Below, piece by piece: positions 1 through 10,456 of a stretch of 64,000 nucleotides of DNA. The DNA is from an uncultured Alphaproteobacteria bacterium. GTDB lineage: Bacteria > Pseudomonadota > Alphaproteobacteria > Sphingomonadales > Sphingomonadaceae. The DNA lies in assembly GCA_963781485.1 (NCBI GenBank), contig CAWAFY010000004.1:218445-282444 (forward strand). Direction: 5' to 3'. The notes beneath the pieces were generated by a model. It saw only the letters and a program-made list of their open reading frames with translations, had not been told where the DNA came from and searched no databases. Position numbers and translations under genes: made by a program. How positions within the stretch are numbered: the first letter of the stretch is position 1; every line of letters starts with the position of its first letter.

Positions 1-40
1 TCGCCTTGTCGATCACGTGAACGCGGACTAATCCACCGCA

Positions 41-1162
41 ATGCATCGACCCGTCATTTCGGCCACAGGCCTATTCACGCCCCGCGACAGCATTACCAAC
101 GACGAGCTTGTCGCGAGCTTCAATGCATTCGTTGAGCGGCACAACGCCGCCCATGCGGTTGCGATCGCAGCGGGCGAGGCGGTTGCGCTTGAGCCGAGTT
201 CGACCGAGTTCATCGAGAAGGCGAGCGGTATCAAGGCGCGCCATGTGGTCGACAAGGCAAACGTGCTCGATCCCGCGACGATGTGCCCGCAATTGGCGGA
301 GCGCCGGAACGACGAGTTGTCGATCATGGCAGAGATCGGCGTCGCCGCCGCGCGCCAGGCGCTCGATCGGGCGGGTCGCAATCCAGGGGATGTCGATGCG
401 GTGCTGTGCGCCGCTTCGAACATGCAGCGCGCTTATCCGGCGATGGCGATCGAAATCCAGCACGCGCTCGGGATCGAGGGCTTCGCGTTCGATATGAATG
501 TCGCGTGCTCGTCGGCGACATTCGGGATCCAGACGGCCGCCGACTATATCCGCGCAGGAAATGCCCGCAGCGTGCTTGTGGTCAGCCCCGAGATCACCAG
601 CGGCCATCTCAATTGGCGCGACCGTGACAGCCACTTCATCTTCGGCGACGTGGCGACAGCGGTGCTGGTCGAGGATGTCGATATGGCTCCGGTGGGGCAC
701 TGGGACATCCTTGGCACTCGATTGAAAACGGTCTTCTCGAACAACATCCGAAATAATTTCGGCTTCCTCAACCGGACGGCACCCGAAACGCGTGACACCG
801 CGGACAAGCTGTTCGTCCAGGAAGGGCGCAAGGTATTCAAGGAAGTCGTGCCAATGGTCGCGGCCATGATCTGCGAAGAGGGCGAGCGGCTCGGCATCGA
901 CCCCTCATCACTAAGACGGCTGTGGCTCCACCAGGCCAATGCCGGGATGAATCGGCTGATCGCGCAACGTGTGCTGGGGCACGAGGCGACTGCCGACGAG
1001 AGCCCGACGGTGCTCGATACTTATGCCAATACCTCGAGCGCGGGGTCGATCATCGCGTTCCACAAGCATTCGGCGGATCTTGCGGCGGACGATATCGGGC
1101 TGATCTGCTCGTTCGGCGCCGGCTATTCGGCCGGAACCGTGTTCGTTCGCAAGGCAGCCTAG
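41..1162 (+). CDS. beta-ketoacyl-ACP synthase III family (FabH-like) condensing enzyme
   Basis: 373-aa ORF. Has Cys-His-Asn triad contexts typical of KAS III (NVACSSATFGI, WLHQANAGMN, YANTSSAGSI). Confidence 0.8.
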   Translation: MHRPVISATGLFTPRDSITNDELVASFNAFVERHNAAHAVAIAAGEAVALEPSSTEFIEKASGIKARHVVDKANVLDPATMCPQLAERRNDELSIMAEIGVAAARQALDRAGRNPGDVDAVLCAASNMQRAYPAMAIEIQHALGIEGFAFDMNVACSSATFGIQTAADYIRAGNARSVLVVSPEITSGHLNWRDRDSHFIFGDVATAVLVEDVDMAPVGHWDILGTRLKTVFSNNIRNNFGFLNRTAPETRDTADKLFVQEGRKVFKEVVPMVAAMICEEGERLGIDPSSLRRLWLHQANAGMNRLIAQRVLGHEATADESPTVLDTYANTSSAGSIIAFHKHSADLAADDIGLICSFGAGYSAGTVFVRKAA

Positions 1163-1209
1163 GGCAGTTTCGCTTGTGACGATCGGGCGCAGCACCTAAG
1201 CCTCTGCCT

Positions 1210-1959
1210 ATGGCCGGAGAAATTCTCGACAACAGGGGCCGGGGCGACGCGCACTGGCAATGGCCGGCGATTCACCCCGAAGGACGCAAGTTCGGTCTCA
1301 TCGCCGCTGCCGCGTGCCTTGTTACCGCGTTGCTCGCTTGGGAAACGCTGGCTTGGCCACTGGCATTCCTCACGCTTGGAATACTCGCGTTTTTCCGCGA
1401 TCCCGAGCGGGTGGTGCCGCAGGGTGACGACTTGATCGTCTCGCCCGCCGACGGGCTGGTCTCGCTCATTGCAGAGGTTGAACCGCCAAGGGAGTTGATG
1501 GTCGAGGACGGCAGTGGCACCCAAGGCCTGACAGCCGGGCCAGTGACCCGCGTGTCGATCTTCATGTCGGTATTCGACGTCCACATCAACCGCGCGCCGA
1601 TCGGCGGAACGGTGCAGCGCGTGGTCTATATCCCAGGCAAGTTTATGAATGCCGACCTCGACAAGGCGAGCGATGACAACGAGCGCCAGCACCTGCTGAT
1701 CGAGCGGCCGGACGGCCTGTTGCTGGGCTTTACCCAGATAGCCGGGCTAGTGGCGCGTCGGATCGTTCCGTTCGTCAAGCCCGGCGATCTCGTCGCTGGC
1801 GGTCAGCGGGTAGGCCTCATTCGTTTCGGCAGTCGGGTCGACGTCTATCTGCCCGTGGGGACGGAATCGAAAGTCGTGCTCGGCCAGACCGTGGTCGCCG
1901 GCGAGACCGTTCTTGCCGAAGTGGGAACCCAGAAACTGATCGAAGGCGTAAACCAGTAA
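1210..1959 (+). CDS. psd: phosphatidylserine decarboxylase proenzyme
   Basis: 249-aa ORF with the Psd C-terminal region ([18 protein letters not shown]). Overlaps pssA by 1 nt (TAATG). The exact start is uncertain. Confidence 0.85.
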   Translation: MAGEILDNRGRGDAHWQWPAIHPEGRKFGLIAAAACLVTALLAWETLAWPLAFLTLGILAFFRDPERVVPQGDDLIVSPADGLVSLIAEVEPPRELMVEDGSGTQGLTAGPVTRVSIFMSVFDVHINRAPIGGTVQRVVYIPGKFMNADLDKASDDNERQHLLIERPDGLLLGFTQIAGLVARRIVPFVKPGDLVAGGQRVGLIRFGSRVDVYLPVGTESKVVLGQTVVAGETVLAEVGTQKLIEGVNQ

Positions 1960-2819
1960 TGTCCGACCGCGCCCGCCTGGGACCAAAGTCCGCCGAAGAC
2001 GAGACTCCGCTTGCGCCACGCGGCCGTATGCGCGGCCTGCCGATGCGCGCCGTGCTGCCCAACGCCATAACTGCCGCCGCGCTGTGTTCCGGTCTGACCG
2101 GTATCCGGTTCGCGATCGACGGGATGTGGCGCGAGGCGGTCTTCGCGGTGATCCTGGCCGGCGTGCTCGATGCGATGGACGGACGTGTCGCCCGGCTCCT
2201 CAAGGCGCAGTCGCGCTTCGGAGCGGAACTCGACAGCCTGGCCAATTCGCTCAGCTTCGGTACCGCACCGGCGCTCATCCTGTTTCTGTGGTCGCTTGGC
2301 GATTTGACCCGGCTCGGCTGGTTCGCCGCGCTCGCCTTCGCGATCTGCGGTGCGCTGCGGCTTGCCCGGTTCAACGCGCAGATCGACGAGAGCGAACAGC
2401 CGCACAAATCGGCCGGCTTCTTGACCGGCGTGCCGGCCCCGGTGGGCGCAGGCCTGGCGTTTCTGCCGCTGTACCTATGGATAGCGACCGGCGACGATCT
2501 GTTCCGCAACCCGATCCTGGTGGCGCCATGGACCGCGCTGGTCGCATTCCTGATGATTTCGAACCTGGCGACGCTCAGTTGGGGCCGCATGCGGCCTCGG
2601 CGAGATGTGCGGCTTGGTCTGATCGCGGTTGTTGGGATGGTGTTCGCAGCGTTACTGCTGGAGCCATGGTGGACCTTGACGGCGGTCTGCACGGCCTATT
2701 TGGCAACAATGCCGTGGTCGATCGTGCGGTACGGTCGTATCAGGCGGCAGCGCGTAGCGGCCCCAAAAGTCGATCCGATCCCGGAGCCATTCGACGCGGC
2801 GACGTCCGACCTCCACTGA
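1959..2819 (+). CDS. pssA: CDP-diacylglycerol--serine O-phosphatidyltransferase
   Basis: CDP-alcohol phosphatidyltransferase motif (DAMDGRVARLLKAQSRFGAELDSLAN) and multiple TM segments. Confidence 0.88.
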   Translation: MSDRARLGPKSAEDETPLAPRGRMRGLPMRAVLPNAITAAALCSGLTGIRFAIDGMWREAVFAVILAGVLDAMDGRVARLLKAQSRFGAELDSLANSLSFGTAPALILFLWSLGDLTRLGWFAALAFAICGALRLARFNAQIDESEQPHKSAGFLTGVPAPVGAGLAFLPLYLWIATGDDLFRNPILVAPWTALVAFLMISNLATLSWGRMRPRRDVRLGLIAVVGMVFAALLLEPWWTLTAVCTAYLATMPWSIVRYGRIRRQRVAAPKVDPIPEPFDAATSDLH

Positions 2820-3021
2820 GAAGTGCGGGCCGAAGCGCGGGTATCCGCGGGCCTTCGACGGCGTCCATCGTGACCGTGATCGTGTGCACTGCCTGATTGC
2901 GTGCGAGTTCGCCGCGCAGGTCCCGGAACGCAGCGTGGCCACGCACGATGGCATCGGCAACGGTAAACACGCTCGCGAGCGCAACGGTGGCAAACAGCGT
3001 GACAAGCAGGAAGGCGGTCAT
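2740..3021 (-). CDS. hypothetical small membrane protein (uncertain)
   Basis: 93-aa ORF with an N-terminal TM helix (MTAFLLVTLFATVALASVF). Hand-counted third-position G+C is about 77% over the first ~62 codons. It falls to about 50% where the ORF overlaps the pssA 3' end. GAGGG lies ~10 nt upstream of the ATG. Confidence 0.35.
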   Translation of the reverse strand: MTAFLLVTLFATVALASVFTVADAIVRGHAAFRDLRGELARNQAVHTITVTMDAVEGPRIPALRPALLSGGRTSPRRMAPGSDRLLGPLRAAA

Positions 3022-3363
3022 CGATCAGGTACCCTCATGACGGCACAGGCATGTTGACAGCCTGTGGACAACTGGTGGAAACCACCGGGCCGCAAGACGT
3101 TCCCGCGACGTGGTCGCTGTTCTCTATTTGTTCTGTTCCGTCAAGCGCAATCGCGGCAGGTCCGCCTTTTTAAGCGACGAATTGAGTCTGGATTTTGCAT
3201 GGCAAGCCCGCTAAGGGCCGCCCCGTTCGCAGCGAATTTTCGTCCTTTGGGCAATTAGAGCAGCGGGCAAATCCACATGGAGAGCGCCTCATACCGGTGC
3301 CGTCCGCGGGATCTCCGCAGGCAGTCCCAGCTCTCCAGAGGCTCAACCGGAAAGGAATTACTT

Positions 3364-4134
3364 ATGGCGGCCCCGACCGTCACCATGCAGCAATTGATCG
3401 AGGCCGGCGCACACTTCGGCCATCAGACCCACCGCTGGAACCCGCGAATGAAGCCGTACATCTTCGGCTCCCGCAACGGGGTTCACATCATCGATTTGTC
3501 GCAGACCGTGCCGCTCTTCGCGCGTGCGCTCGACTTTATTCAGGACACCGTCCGTTCAGGCGGGAAGGTCCTGTTCGTTGGCACCAAGCGTCAGGCGCAA
3601 GAGCCGATCGCGCAGGCAGCACGGGCTTCCGGCCAGCACTTCGTCAACCACCGCTGGCTAGGCGGGATGCTGACCAACTGGAAGACCATTTCGGGTTCGA
3701 TCCGCCGGCTGAAGACGCTCGACGAGCAGCTTTCGGGCGAAATCTCGGGGCTCACCAAGAAGGAAATCCTTCAGCTCACCCGTGAGCGCGACAAGCTCGA
3801 GCTTTCGCTCGGCGGCATCCGCGACATGGGCGGCATTCCCGACGTGATGTTCGTGATCGACGCGAACAAGGAAGACTTGGCGATCAAGGAAGCCGGCGTG
3901 CTCGGCATTCCGGTTGTCGCAGTTCTCGATTCGAACGTCGATCCAAGCGGTATCGCCTTCCCAATCCCGGGCAACGACGATGCGGCGCGCGCCGTGCGCC
4001 TCTATTGCGACGCGGTTGCCGAGGCGGCGACGAGCGGCAAAGGCCGCGCGACAATCGATTCGGGCGAGGACATTGGCGCGATGGCCGAGCCCCCGACCGA
4101 AGCGGCGGTTGCCGAAGCCTCTACCGAAGCCTGA
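3364..4134 (+). CDS. rpsB: 30S ribosomal protein S2
   Basis: [38 protein letters not shown] at 3364 is preceded by AAGGA. The upstream part of the track ORF is not S2-like. Confidence 0.95.
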   Translation: MAAPTVTMQQLIEAGAHFGHQTHRWNPRMKPYIFGSRNGVHIIDLSQTVPLFARALDFIQDTVRSGGKVLFVGTKRQAQEPIAQAARASGQHFVNHRWLGGMLTNWKTISGSIRRLKTLDEQLSGEISGLTKKEILQLTRERDKLELSLGGIRDMGGIPDVMFVIDANKEDLAIKEAGVLGIPVVAVLDSNVDPSGIAFPIPGNDDAARAVRLYCDAVAEAATSGKGRATIDSGEDIGAMAEPPTEAAVAEASTEA

Positions 4135-4213
4135 TCGGCTTCCTATTTACCGAATAACTGGCGCCGGGCTTCACCGCCCGGCGCCGCACTGCATTTGAAA
4201 AAGGATTGATACC

Positions 4214-5141
4214 ATGGCTGCATTCACCGCTGCCGACGTAAAGGCCCTGCGCGAGAAGACCGGCGCGGGCATGATGGACGCGAAGAAGGCCCTTGAAGGC
4301 GCAAATGGCGACATCGAAGCCGCGGTTGACGCGCTGCGCGCCAAGGGCCTTGCCACCGCCGCCAAGAAGTCGAGCCGCACTGCGGCCGAAGGTCTTGTGG
4401 GCGTCGCCGTCGAAGGCGCCAAGGGTGTGGCGGTCGAAGTGAACTCCGAAACCGACTTCGTCGCTAAGAACGACAAGTTCCAGGACTTCGTCCGCAAGGT
4501 CACTGAAGTCGCTCTCGGTGAGGGTTCGGCCGACGTCGACGCGCTGAAGAACGCCGGCTACCCCGATGGTGGCTCGGTCTCCGACAAGTTGACCGACAAC
4601 GTCGCGACGATTGGCGAGAATCAGCAGATCCGCCGGCTCAAGCATGTCTCGGTCGGCGAAGGTGTGGTCGTACCTTACGTGCACAACGCGGCGGCACCCA
4701 ATCTCGGCAAGATCGGCGTGCTCGTCGCGCTCGAAATCGAGCGCCGACAAGGGTGCGCTTGAGGCGCTCGGCAAAAGCCTTGCGATGCACATTGCCGCTG
4801 CTTTCCCGCAGGCGCTGAACGCCGAAAGCCTCGATGCCGACGTCATCGAGCGCGAACGCAAGGTTGCCGCCGAGAAGGCTGCCGAGTCTGGCAAGCCGGC
4901 CGAAGTCCAGGCGAAGATGGTCGATGGCGCCATCGCCAAGTTCGCCAAGGAGAACGCGCTGCTGAGCCAAGTTTTCGTGATGGACAACAAGACGCCCATC
5001 AGCGAAGTCGTGGCGAAGGCGGCCAAGGACGCCGGCGCTGCGATCGAGCTCAAGGACTATGTCCGCTTCCAGCTTGGCGAAGGCATCGAGAAGGAAGAGA
5101 CCGACTTTGCGGCCGAGGTAGCCGCTGCGGTCAAGGGCTGA
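4214..5141 (+). pseudogene. tsf: elongation factor Ts, interrupted by a 1-nt insertion (frame switch near 4733-4737); possibly a sequence artefact
   Basis: The N-terminal 174 aa lie in the frame of ORF 4214..4762 ([27 protein letters not shown]...GVLVALE). The remainder lies in the frame of ORF 4611..5141 ([27 protein letters not shown]...). Total length is 928 nt, i.e. 1 mod 3. Confidence 0.9.
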
Positions 5142-5160
5142 GCCCATTACAGTCGAAAGA

Positions 5161-5192
5161 GCGGCCGCTGGAGCGATCCGGCGGCCGTTTTT
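5161..5192 (+). terminator. rho-independent terminator after tsf
   Basis: GC stem CGGCCGC...GCGGCCG followed by TTTTT. Confidence 0.7.
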
Positions 5193-5279
5193 CGTGAGCA
5201 GCCCTATACCCTTGTCGCCTCATGGCTGCGCCCTATAAGGGCGGCGATCCGTCGCCCCGTTACGCGAGAAACCAATTCC

Positions 5280-5999
5280 ATGGCCCTTCCACCGCTCAAG
5301 CGCGTGCTCCTGAAGCTCTCAGGCGAGGTGCTCATGGGAGGACAGCAATTCGGCATCGATCCGTCGTTCGTGATGGAGTTGGCGAAAGAAGTGAAGGCGG
5401 CCAAGGAAAGCGGGCTGGAGATCTGCCTCGTCATCGGTGGCGGCAACATCTTCCGCGGCATGGCCGGCGCGGCACAGGGAATGGACCGGGCGCAGGCCGA
5501 TTACATGGGCATGCTCGCCACGGTGATGAACGCACTGGCGATGCAAAGCGCGCTTGAGCAACTCGGCGTGCCGACCCGGGTTCAGTCCGCGATAGCGATG
5601 GACCAGGTGTGCGAACCGGTAATCCGCCGCCGCGCCGAGCGGCACCTTGAAAAGGGCCGCGTGGTGATCTTCGCGGCGGGCGTGGGCGCGCCCTATTTCA
5701 CGACCAACTCCGGAGCCGCCCTCCGGGCCGCTGAAATGCGCTGCGACGCGCTTCTCAAGGGCACCAGCGTCGATGGGGTCTACGACAGCGACCCCAAGAA
5801 GAACGCAGGTGCGATCCGTTTCGATACAGTCACCTATGGCAAGGTGCTGGCAGACAATCTCAAGGTGATGGACGCCTCCGCCGTCGCGCTGTGCCGCGAC
5901 AACGGCATCCCGATCGTGGTCTTTTCGATCCGCGAGAAAGGCAACTTGGCGAAGGTGCTCAACGGCGAGGGTGTCCAGACGATAGTGCAGGGAAGCTGA
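5280..5999 (+). CDS. pyrH: UMP kinase
   Basis: [14 protein letters not shown] and the rest of the 239-aa protein are typical PyrH. Sits in the conserved tsf-pyrH-frr order. Confidence 0.93.
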   Translation: MALPPLKRVLLKLSGEVLMGGQQFGIDPSFVMELAKEVKAAKESGLEICLVIGGGNIFRGMAGAAQGMDRAQADYMGMLATVMNALAMQSALEQLGVPTRVQSAIAMDQVCEPVIRRRAERHLEKGRVVIFAAGVGAPYFTTNSGAALRAAEMRCDALLKGTSVDGVYDSDPKKNAGAIRFDTVTYGKVLADNLKVMDASAVALCRDNGIPIVVFSIREKGNLAKVLNGEGVQTIVQGS

Positions 6000-6001
6000 A
6001 C

Positions 6002-6559
6002 ATGGCTAAGTACGACAAGGACGACATCGAACGGCGCATGCAGGGCGCGGTGGATTCGCTGAAGAGCGATCTGGGTGGTTTGCGCACGGGACGCGCGAAC
6101 ACCACGCTGCTCGATCCGGTCATCTGTGAAGTCTACGGCGAGCGTATGCCGATCAATCAGGTGGCGACCGTATCGGCACCCGAGCCGCGGATGCTAAGTG
6201 TGCAGGTGTGGGACAAGGCGAACATGATCGCGGTCGAAAAAGGCATCGCCCACGCGAATCTGGGGCTCAACCCGATGATTGACGGGCAGACGATTCGCCT
6301 GCCGATCCCCGACCTCACCCAAGACCGGCGCAAGGAACTCGCCAAGCTCGCAGGCAAGTACGCCGAGAACGCCAAGATCGCCATCCGCAACGTCCGCAGG
6401 GACGGGATGGAAGCGCTCAAGGATGACGAGAAGAAGAAGGACATTTCCGAGGACGACCGCAAGCGCGCTGAGGACGAGGTCCAGAAGCTGACCGACAAGT
6501 ACGTCGGACTAACTGACGACGCCGCGGCGGCGAAGGAAAAGGAAATCCTCTCGCAGTGA
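6002..6559 (+). CDS. frr: ribosome recycling factor
   Basis: ATG at 6002. MAKYDKDDIERRMQGAVDSLKSDLGGLRTGRAN is typical Frr. Confidence 0.93.
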   Translation: MAKYDKDDIERRMQGAVDSLKSDLGGLRTGRANTTLLDPVICEVYGERMPINQVATVSAPEPRMLSVQVWDKANMIAVEKGIAHANLGLNPMIDGQTIRLPIPDLTQDRRKELAKLAGKYAENAKIAIRNVRRDGMEALKDDEKKKDISEDDRKRAEDEVQKLTDKYVGLTDDAAAAKEKEILSQ

Positions 6560-6560
6560 C

Positions 6561-7280
6561 GTGGCGGATAACCGGAGGGGCCTGATGGGCGAAGAGGCGG
6601 GGGTCGCACGCCCAAGGGCCAAGCATGTCGCGATTATCATGGATGGCAACGGTCGCTGGGCCAAGGCCAGGCACCTGCCCCGTGCGTTGGGCCACCAGCG
6701 CGGGGTCGAGGCGGTGCGAAAACTCGTTCGCTCGCTCAAGGACACGAATGTCGAATGCCTGACGTTATACGCCTTCAGCACCGAGAACTGGCGGCGGCCC
6801 AAGGAAGAGGTTGGCGACCTCATGAACCTCATGCGCAAGTTCGTAAAATCGGACCTTCCCGAATTCATCGCCAACGATGTCAAGCTGCATATTCTCGGCG
6901 ATTGGCAAGGACTTGCGCCCGATATCGTCGAGATGCTCGAAGATGCGCTGGAAAAAACCGCCAACGGTTCACGCACGCTTGCCGTTGCGCTCAACTATGG
7001 CTCGCATCAGGAAATCGCACGCGCGGCGCATAAGGCTGCCAACGCGGGCGAGATCACGGCGGAGACCATCGAAGCCCACCTCGATACCGCGCCTCTGCCA
7101 CCTCTCGACCTGCTGATTCGCACCAGCGGAGAGGTTCGGCTGTCGAACTTCCTGCTGTGGCAGTGCGCCTATGCAGAGATGATCTTCACTGATGTGCTAT
7201 GGCCCGATTTCACGCCCGCGCATCTCGTGGATGCCCTGGACGAGTTCGCGCGCAGGGAGAGACGCTATGGTGGCCGCTGA
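6561..7280 (+). CDS. uppS: undecaprenyl-diphosphate synthase (isoprenyl transferase)
   Basis: [20 protein letters not shown] and [21 protein letters not shown] motifs. GTG start, possibly an internal ATG. Confidence 0.9.
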   Translation: MADNRRGLMGEEAGVARPRAKHVAIIMDGNGRWAKARHLPRALGHQRGVEAVRKLVRSLKDTNVECLTLYAFSTENWRRPKEEVGDLMNLMRKFVKSDLPEFIANDVKLHILGDWQGLAPDIVEMLEDALEKTANGSRTLAVALNYGSHQEIARAAHKAANAGEITAETIEAHLDTAPLPPLDLLIRTSGEVRLSNFLLWQCAYAEMIFTDVLWPDFTPAHLVDALDEFARRERRYGGR

Positions 7281-7980
7281 CACGACGCCCGGGAAGGGCA
7301 GCGACCTGCCGGTGCGGCTCGCATCGGCGGTGATGATGCTGGCTGTTGCATTCGCCGCTATTGTGGTCGGGGGGCGGGTGTTCGACACTCTCGTCGTGTT
7401 TGTCGCGTTGATCGCATTTGCCGAGTATATACTGCTGACGGTCAGGGCGACCGCGAACATTCCCTTCCGGCTCGCCGCTATCCTTGCGGGGGCAGCCTAC
7501 TTCGGTTTGGCGGCGGGGGTGCTGGTTGGAGCGGGCGATTTTCTGATCGTTTTGATAGTTGGGGTAACGGTGTTCACCGATACCTTCGCCTATTTCACCG
7601 GACGCGCGATCGGCGGGCCGAAGATCGCCCCGTCGATCAGCCCTTCGAAAACCTGGGCCGGTCTGCTGGGCGGAATGGCGGGCGCAGCGCTGTGGCTGGT
7701 GCTGTGGGTCGTCGCGATCGACGGCGGGATCGTTGGCCCCCGGTTCGAGCTTGGGTTCGCGCTGAGCGCAGGCAACCTTGGTGTCGCAGCGCTGCTGGGT
7801 GCGGGGCTCGCGGTGCTGGCCCAGGCCGGAGATTTTTTCGAAAGCTGGCTCAAGCGGCGGGCCGGAGTGAAGGACTCTTCAAAGCTTATACCCGGTCACG
7901 GCGGGGTGTTCGACCGGATCGACGGCATGTTGCCGGTGGCTATCGCGGTTGGCGCGGTGGCTTCGGTCTGGGCGAACTGA
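7267..7980 (+). CDS. cdsA: phosphatidate cytidylyltransferase
   Basis: Polytopic membrane protein with the C-terminal CdsA signature ([28 protein letters not shown]). ATG at 7267 overlaps the uppS end. Confidence 0.88.
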   Translation: MVAADTTPGKGSDLPVRLASAVMMLAVAFAAIVVGGRVFDTLVVFVALIAFAEYILLTVRATANIPFRLAAILAGAAYFGLAAGVLVGAGDFLIVLIVGVTVFTDTFAYFTGRAIGGPKIAPSISPSKTWAGLLGGMAGAALWLVLWVVAIDGGIVGPRFELGFALSAGNLGVAALLGAGLAVLAQAGDFFESWLKRRAGVKDSSKLIPGHGGVFDRIDGMLPVAIAVGAVASVWAN

Positions 7981-7984
7981 ACCG

Positions 7985-9136
7985 ATGCGAACGATCTCGA
8001 TCCTGGGGGCGACCGGGTCGGTGGGAGCATCGACGCTCGATCTGATCCGTCGCAATCGCGCAGATTGGCGGGTCGTTGCATTGACCGCAAACTGCAACGT
8101 CGGCGAACTGGCTGCACTCGCCCGCGAATTCGATGCCGAGATCGCTGTCGTCGCCGACGAAACCTGCTTGCCGTTGCTGCGCGAGGCGCTGAACGGTTCG
8201 GGCATAGGGGTCGCCGGGGGAGCCTGCGCGCTCAACGAGGCGGCGGCGCACGGGGCGGACCTGACGGTCGCCGCGATCGTCGGCTGCGCGGGGCTGGCTC
8301 CGGTCATGGCGGCGATCGAACAGGGCGGCACGATCGCGCTGGCGAATAAGGAAGCGCTGGTATCGGCAGGCGCGGTGATGACCGCCGCAGTTGCGAAGCA
8401 CGGCGCCACGCTGCTTCCGGTCGACAGCGAACACAACGCGATCTTTCAGTGCCTCGCCGGAAACCGGATCGACGACGTCCGCCGAATTACGCTGACGGCG
8501 AGCGGCGGTCCCTTCCGGACCTGGTCGCAAGCGCAGCTCGAGGCCGCGACCCCCAAGCAGGCGGTCGCGCATCCCAACTGGGACATGGGCGCCAAGATCA
8601 GCATCGATTCGGCCACGATGATGAACAAGGGGCTTGAATTCATCGAAGCCCATCACCTGTTCCCCGTGGGACTGGAGAAGATCGCGATCGTCGTGCATCC
8701 GCAAAGCGTGATCCATTCTATGGTCGAATATCGCGACGGGTCGACGCTGGCACAGTTAGGCCCTAGCGACATGCGCGTGCCGATCGCATCCTGCCTGGCC
8801 TGGCCGCAGAGGATGGACACGCCGATGACGCCGCTCGACCTGGCTAAGGTCGGCACGCTGACGTTCGAAGCGCCCGACGAAGCGCGGTTTCCCGCCACCC
8901 GGCTGGCGCGCGATGCAGCGCAGGCGGGGGGCGCGGCCCCCGCAGTACTTAATGCGGCGAACGAGACCGCCGTCGCCGCGTTTCTGGCCGGCAAGATATC
9001 GTTCACACGCATTGCGTTAACTGTCGAGCGGACGCTCTCGCGTACGCCGCCGCCGCCGCCCGCTTCGCTCGACGAAGTTTTGGCGGTGGATAGCGAGGCG
9101 AGGGCGCGCGCGAACGAATTGCTGGAGCTAGTCTGA
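7985..9136 (+). CDS. dxr: 1-deoxy-D-xylulose 5-phosphate reductoisomerase
   Basis: ISILGATGSVGASTLDLI NADPH-binding N-terminus and LANKEALV and PVDSEHNAIFQCL motifs. Confidence 0.93.
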   Translation: MRTISILGATGSVGASTLDLIRRNRADWRVVALTANCNVGELAALAREFDAEIAVVADETCLPLLREALNGSGIGVAGGACALNEAAAHGADLTVAAIVGCAGLAPVMAAIEQGGTIALANKEALVSAGAVMTAAVAKHGATLLPVDSEHNAIFQCLAGNRIDDVRRITLTASGGPFRTWSQAQLEAATPKQAVAHPNWDMGAKISIDSATMMNKGLEFIEAHHLFPVGLEKIAIVVHPQSVIHSMVEYRDGSTLAQLGPSDMRVPIASCLAWPQRMDTPMTPLDLAKVGTLTFEAPDEARFPATRLARDAAQAGGAAPAVLNAANETAVAAFLAGKISFTRIALTVERTLSRTPPPPPASLDEVLAVDSEARARANELLELV

Positions 9137-9137
9137 A

Positions 9138-10271
9138 TTGATCGAATCGCCCCCTTTCTGGTTCTACCTAGCCGGGTTCGTGCTGTTGCTCGGTCCGTTG
9201 GTAACGGTGCATGAGTTCGGCCATTATCTGATGGGCCGCCTGTTCGGGGTCGGCGTTGATGCGTTCTCCGTCGGTTTTGGCAAGGAGATCGCCGGCTTTA
9301 CCGACAAGCGCGGCACGCGGTGGAAGCTCTCGGCAATCCCGCTGGGCGGCTATTGCCAATTCAAGGGCGATATGAACCCCGCCTCGATTCCTGACGCGCA
9401 AGCGATCGCGGCGGTGCCGCCGGATCAGCGCGACGGCAATTTTCATCTTGCTCCCTTATGGCAACGCTCGCTGATAGTGGTTGCCGGGCCGCTGACTAAT
9501 CTCGCGGTCGCAGTGGCGATTTTCGCGGCGTTCTTCATGGCAATCGGCAAGCCGATGCAGGTCGATCCGGCCGAAACCAACGTAATCCAGAAGTTCGCCG
9601 CGGGCTCGGTTGCGGAGGCAGCCGGAATGCGCGTCGGGGACAGGATCGTCACCATCGACGGGGTCGAGGTGAAGGAATTCCGCGACATTACCGAGCGGGT
9701 AATGATGCACCCGGATCGGTCTGTCGTTATCGGCATCGATCGCCAGGGCCAGCGGCTGCGGGTTCCGCTCTCTATCGGTAGCGCGATCGAAAAGGATCGG
9801 TTCGGCAACAAATCGCGTATCGGGCGGCTGGGCGTATGGTCGAGTCCGATCCGCTACTCGCCCGTCGGACCCATCGAAGCGACCATCTTGGGAATTGAGG
9901 AATGCGGCAACCTGGTGCGCATGATGGTCACCGGGATAGGGCAGATCCTGACCGGCGAGCGCTCGGTGCAGGAATTGGGTGGGCCGATCAAGATTGCCAA
10001 GTTTTCGGGTGAGCAACTCAGCCTGGGTCCGGTTGCTTTCGTCGGCTTCGCCGCGTTGATCTCGCTTAACTTGGCGTTCATCAACTTGTTGCCAATCCCG
10101 GCCCTCGACGGTGGGCATCTGGCTTTCTACGCGGCCGAAGCGGTCCGTCGGAAGCCGGTGGGTCCCCGTGGTCAGGAAATGGCGTTCCGTGCCGGCGTGG
10201 CAGTTATCCTTGCGCTGATGCTGTTCGTCACGGTCAATGACCTGCTGTCACTGCCGATTTTCGGGCGGTAG
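9138..10271 (+). CDS. rseP: RIP zinc metalloprotease RseP
   Basis: HEFGHYLMGRLFGV HExxH site, a PDZ-like middle region and a C-terminal LPIPALDGGH motif. TTG start. Confidence 0.9.
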   Translation: MIESPPFWFYLAGFVLLLGPLVTVHEFGHYLMGRLFGVGVDAFSVGFGKEIAGFTDKRGTRWKLSAIPLGGYCQFKGDMNPASIPDAQAIAAVPPDQRDGNFHLAPLWQRSLIVVAGPLTNLAVAVAIFAAFFMAIGKPMQVDPAETNVIQKFAAGSVAEAAGMRVGDRIVTIDGVEVKEFRDITERVMMHPDRSVVIGIDRQGQRLRVPLSIGSAIEKDRFGNKSRIGRLGVWSSPIRYSPVGPIEATILGIEECGNLVRMMVTGIGQILTGERSVQELGGPIKIAKFSGEQLSLGPVAFVGFAALISLNLAFINLLPIPALDGGHLAFYAAEAVRRKPVGPRGQEMAFRAGVAVILALMLFVTVNDLLSLPIFGR

Positions 10272-10456
10272 CGGGCAACGCCGAAGGTTCGAACGCGCAA
10301 GGGCATTGCAAAGGGCACAAGAGGCCTTCCACCGCTTGATTGGAGACGGGGTATCGGGCAAGGGCGGCGGCAATCGCCCCCGGCTCACTGCCGCGGCAGG
10401 CGGCATGGAGAATACCTGAGCGCATGTATTGGTATTTGGACGGGAGTTCCACGTCG

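Noticed and set aside
3022-3363. rpsB leader RNA or sigma-70 promoter in the 340-nt region upstream of rpsB (TTGACA at 3054-3059).
   Set aside because: No acceptable -10 element occurs at 16-18 nt spacing, and I cannot recognise a conserved S2-leader pseudoknot by eye.
4214-5141. Programmed ribosomal frameshifting in tsf or fabF, or stop-codon readthrough/recoding in ccmE.
   Set aside because: There is no slippery heptamer or downstream structure at the shift sites, and no SECIS- or PYLIS-like context at the TAG. No precedent is known to me for recoding in these genes. Sequence error or simple mutation is far more parsimonious.
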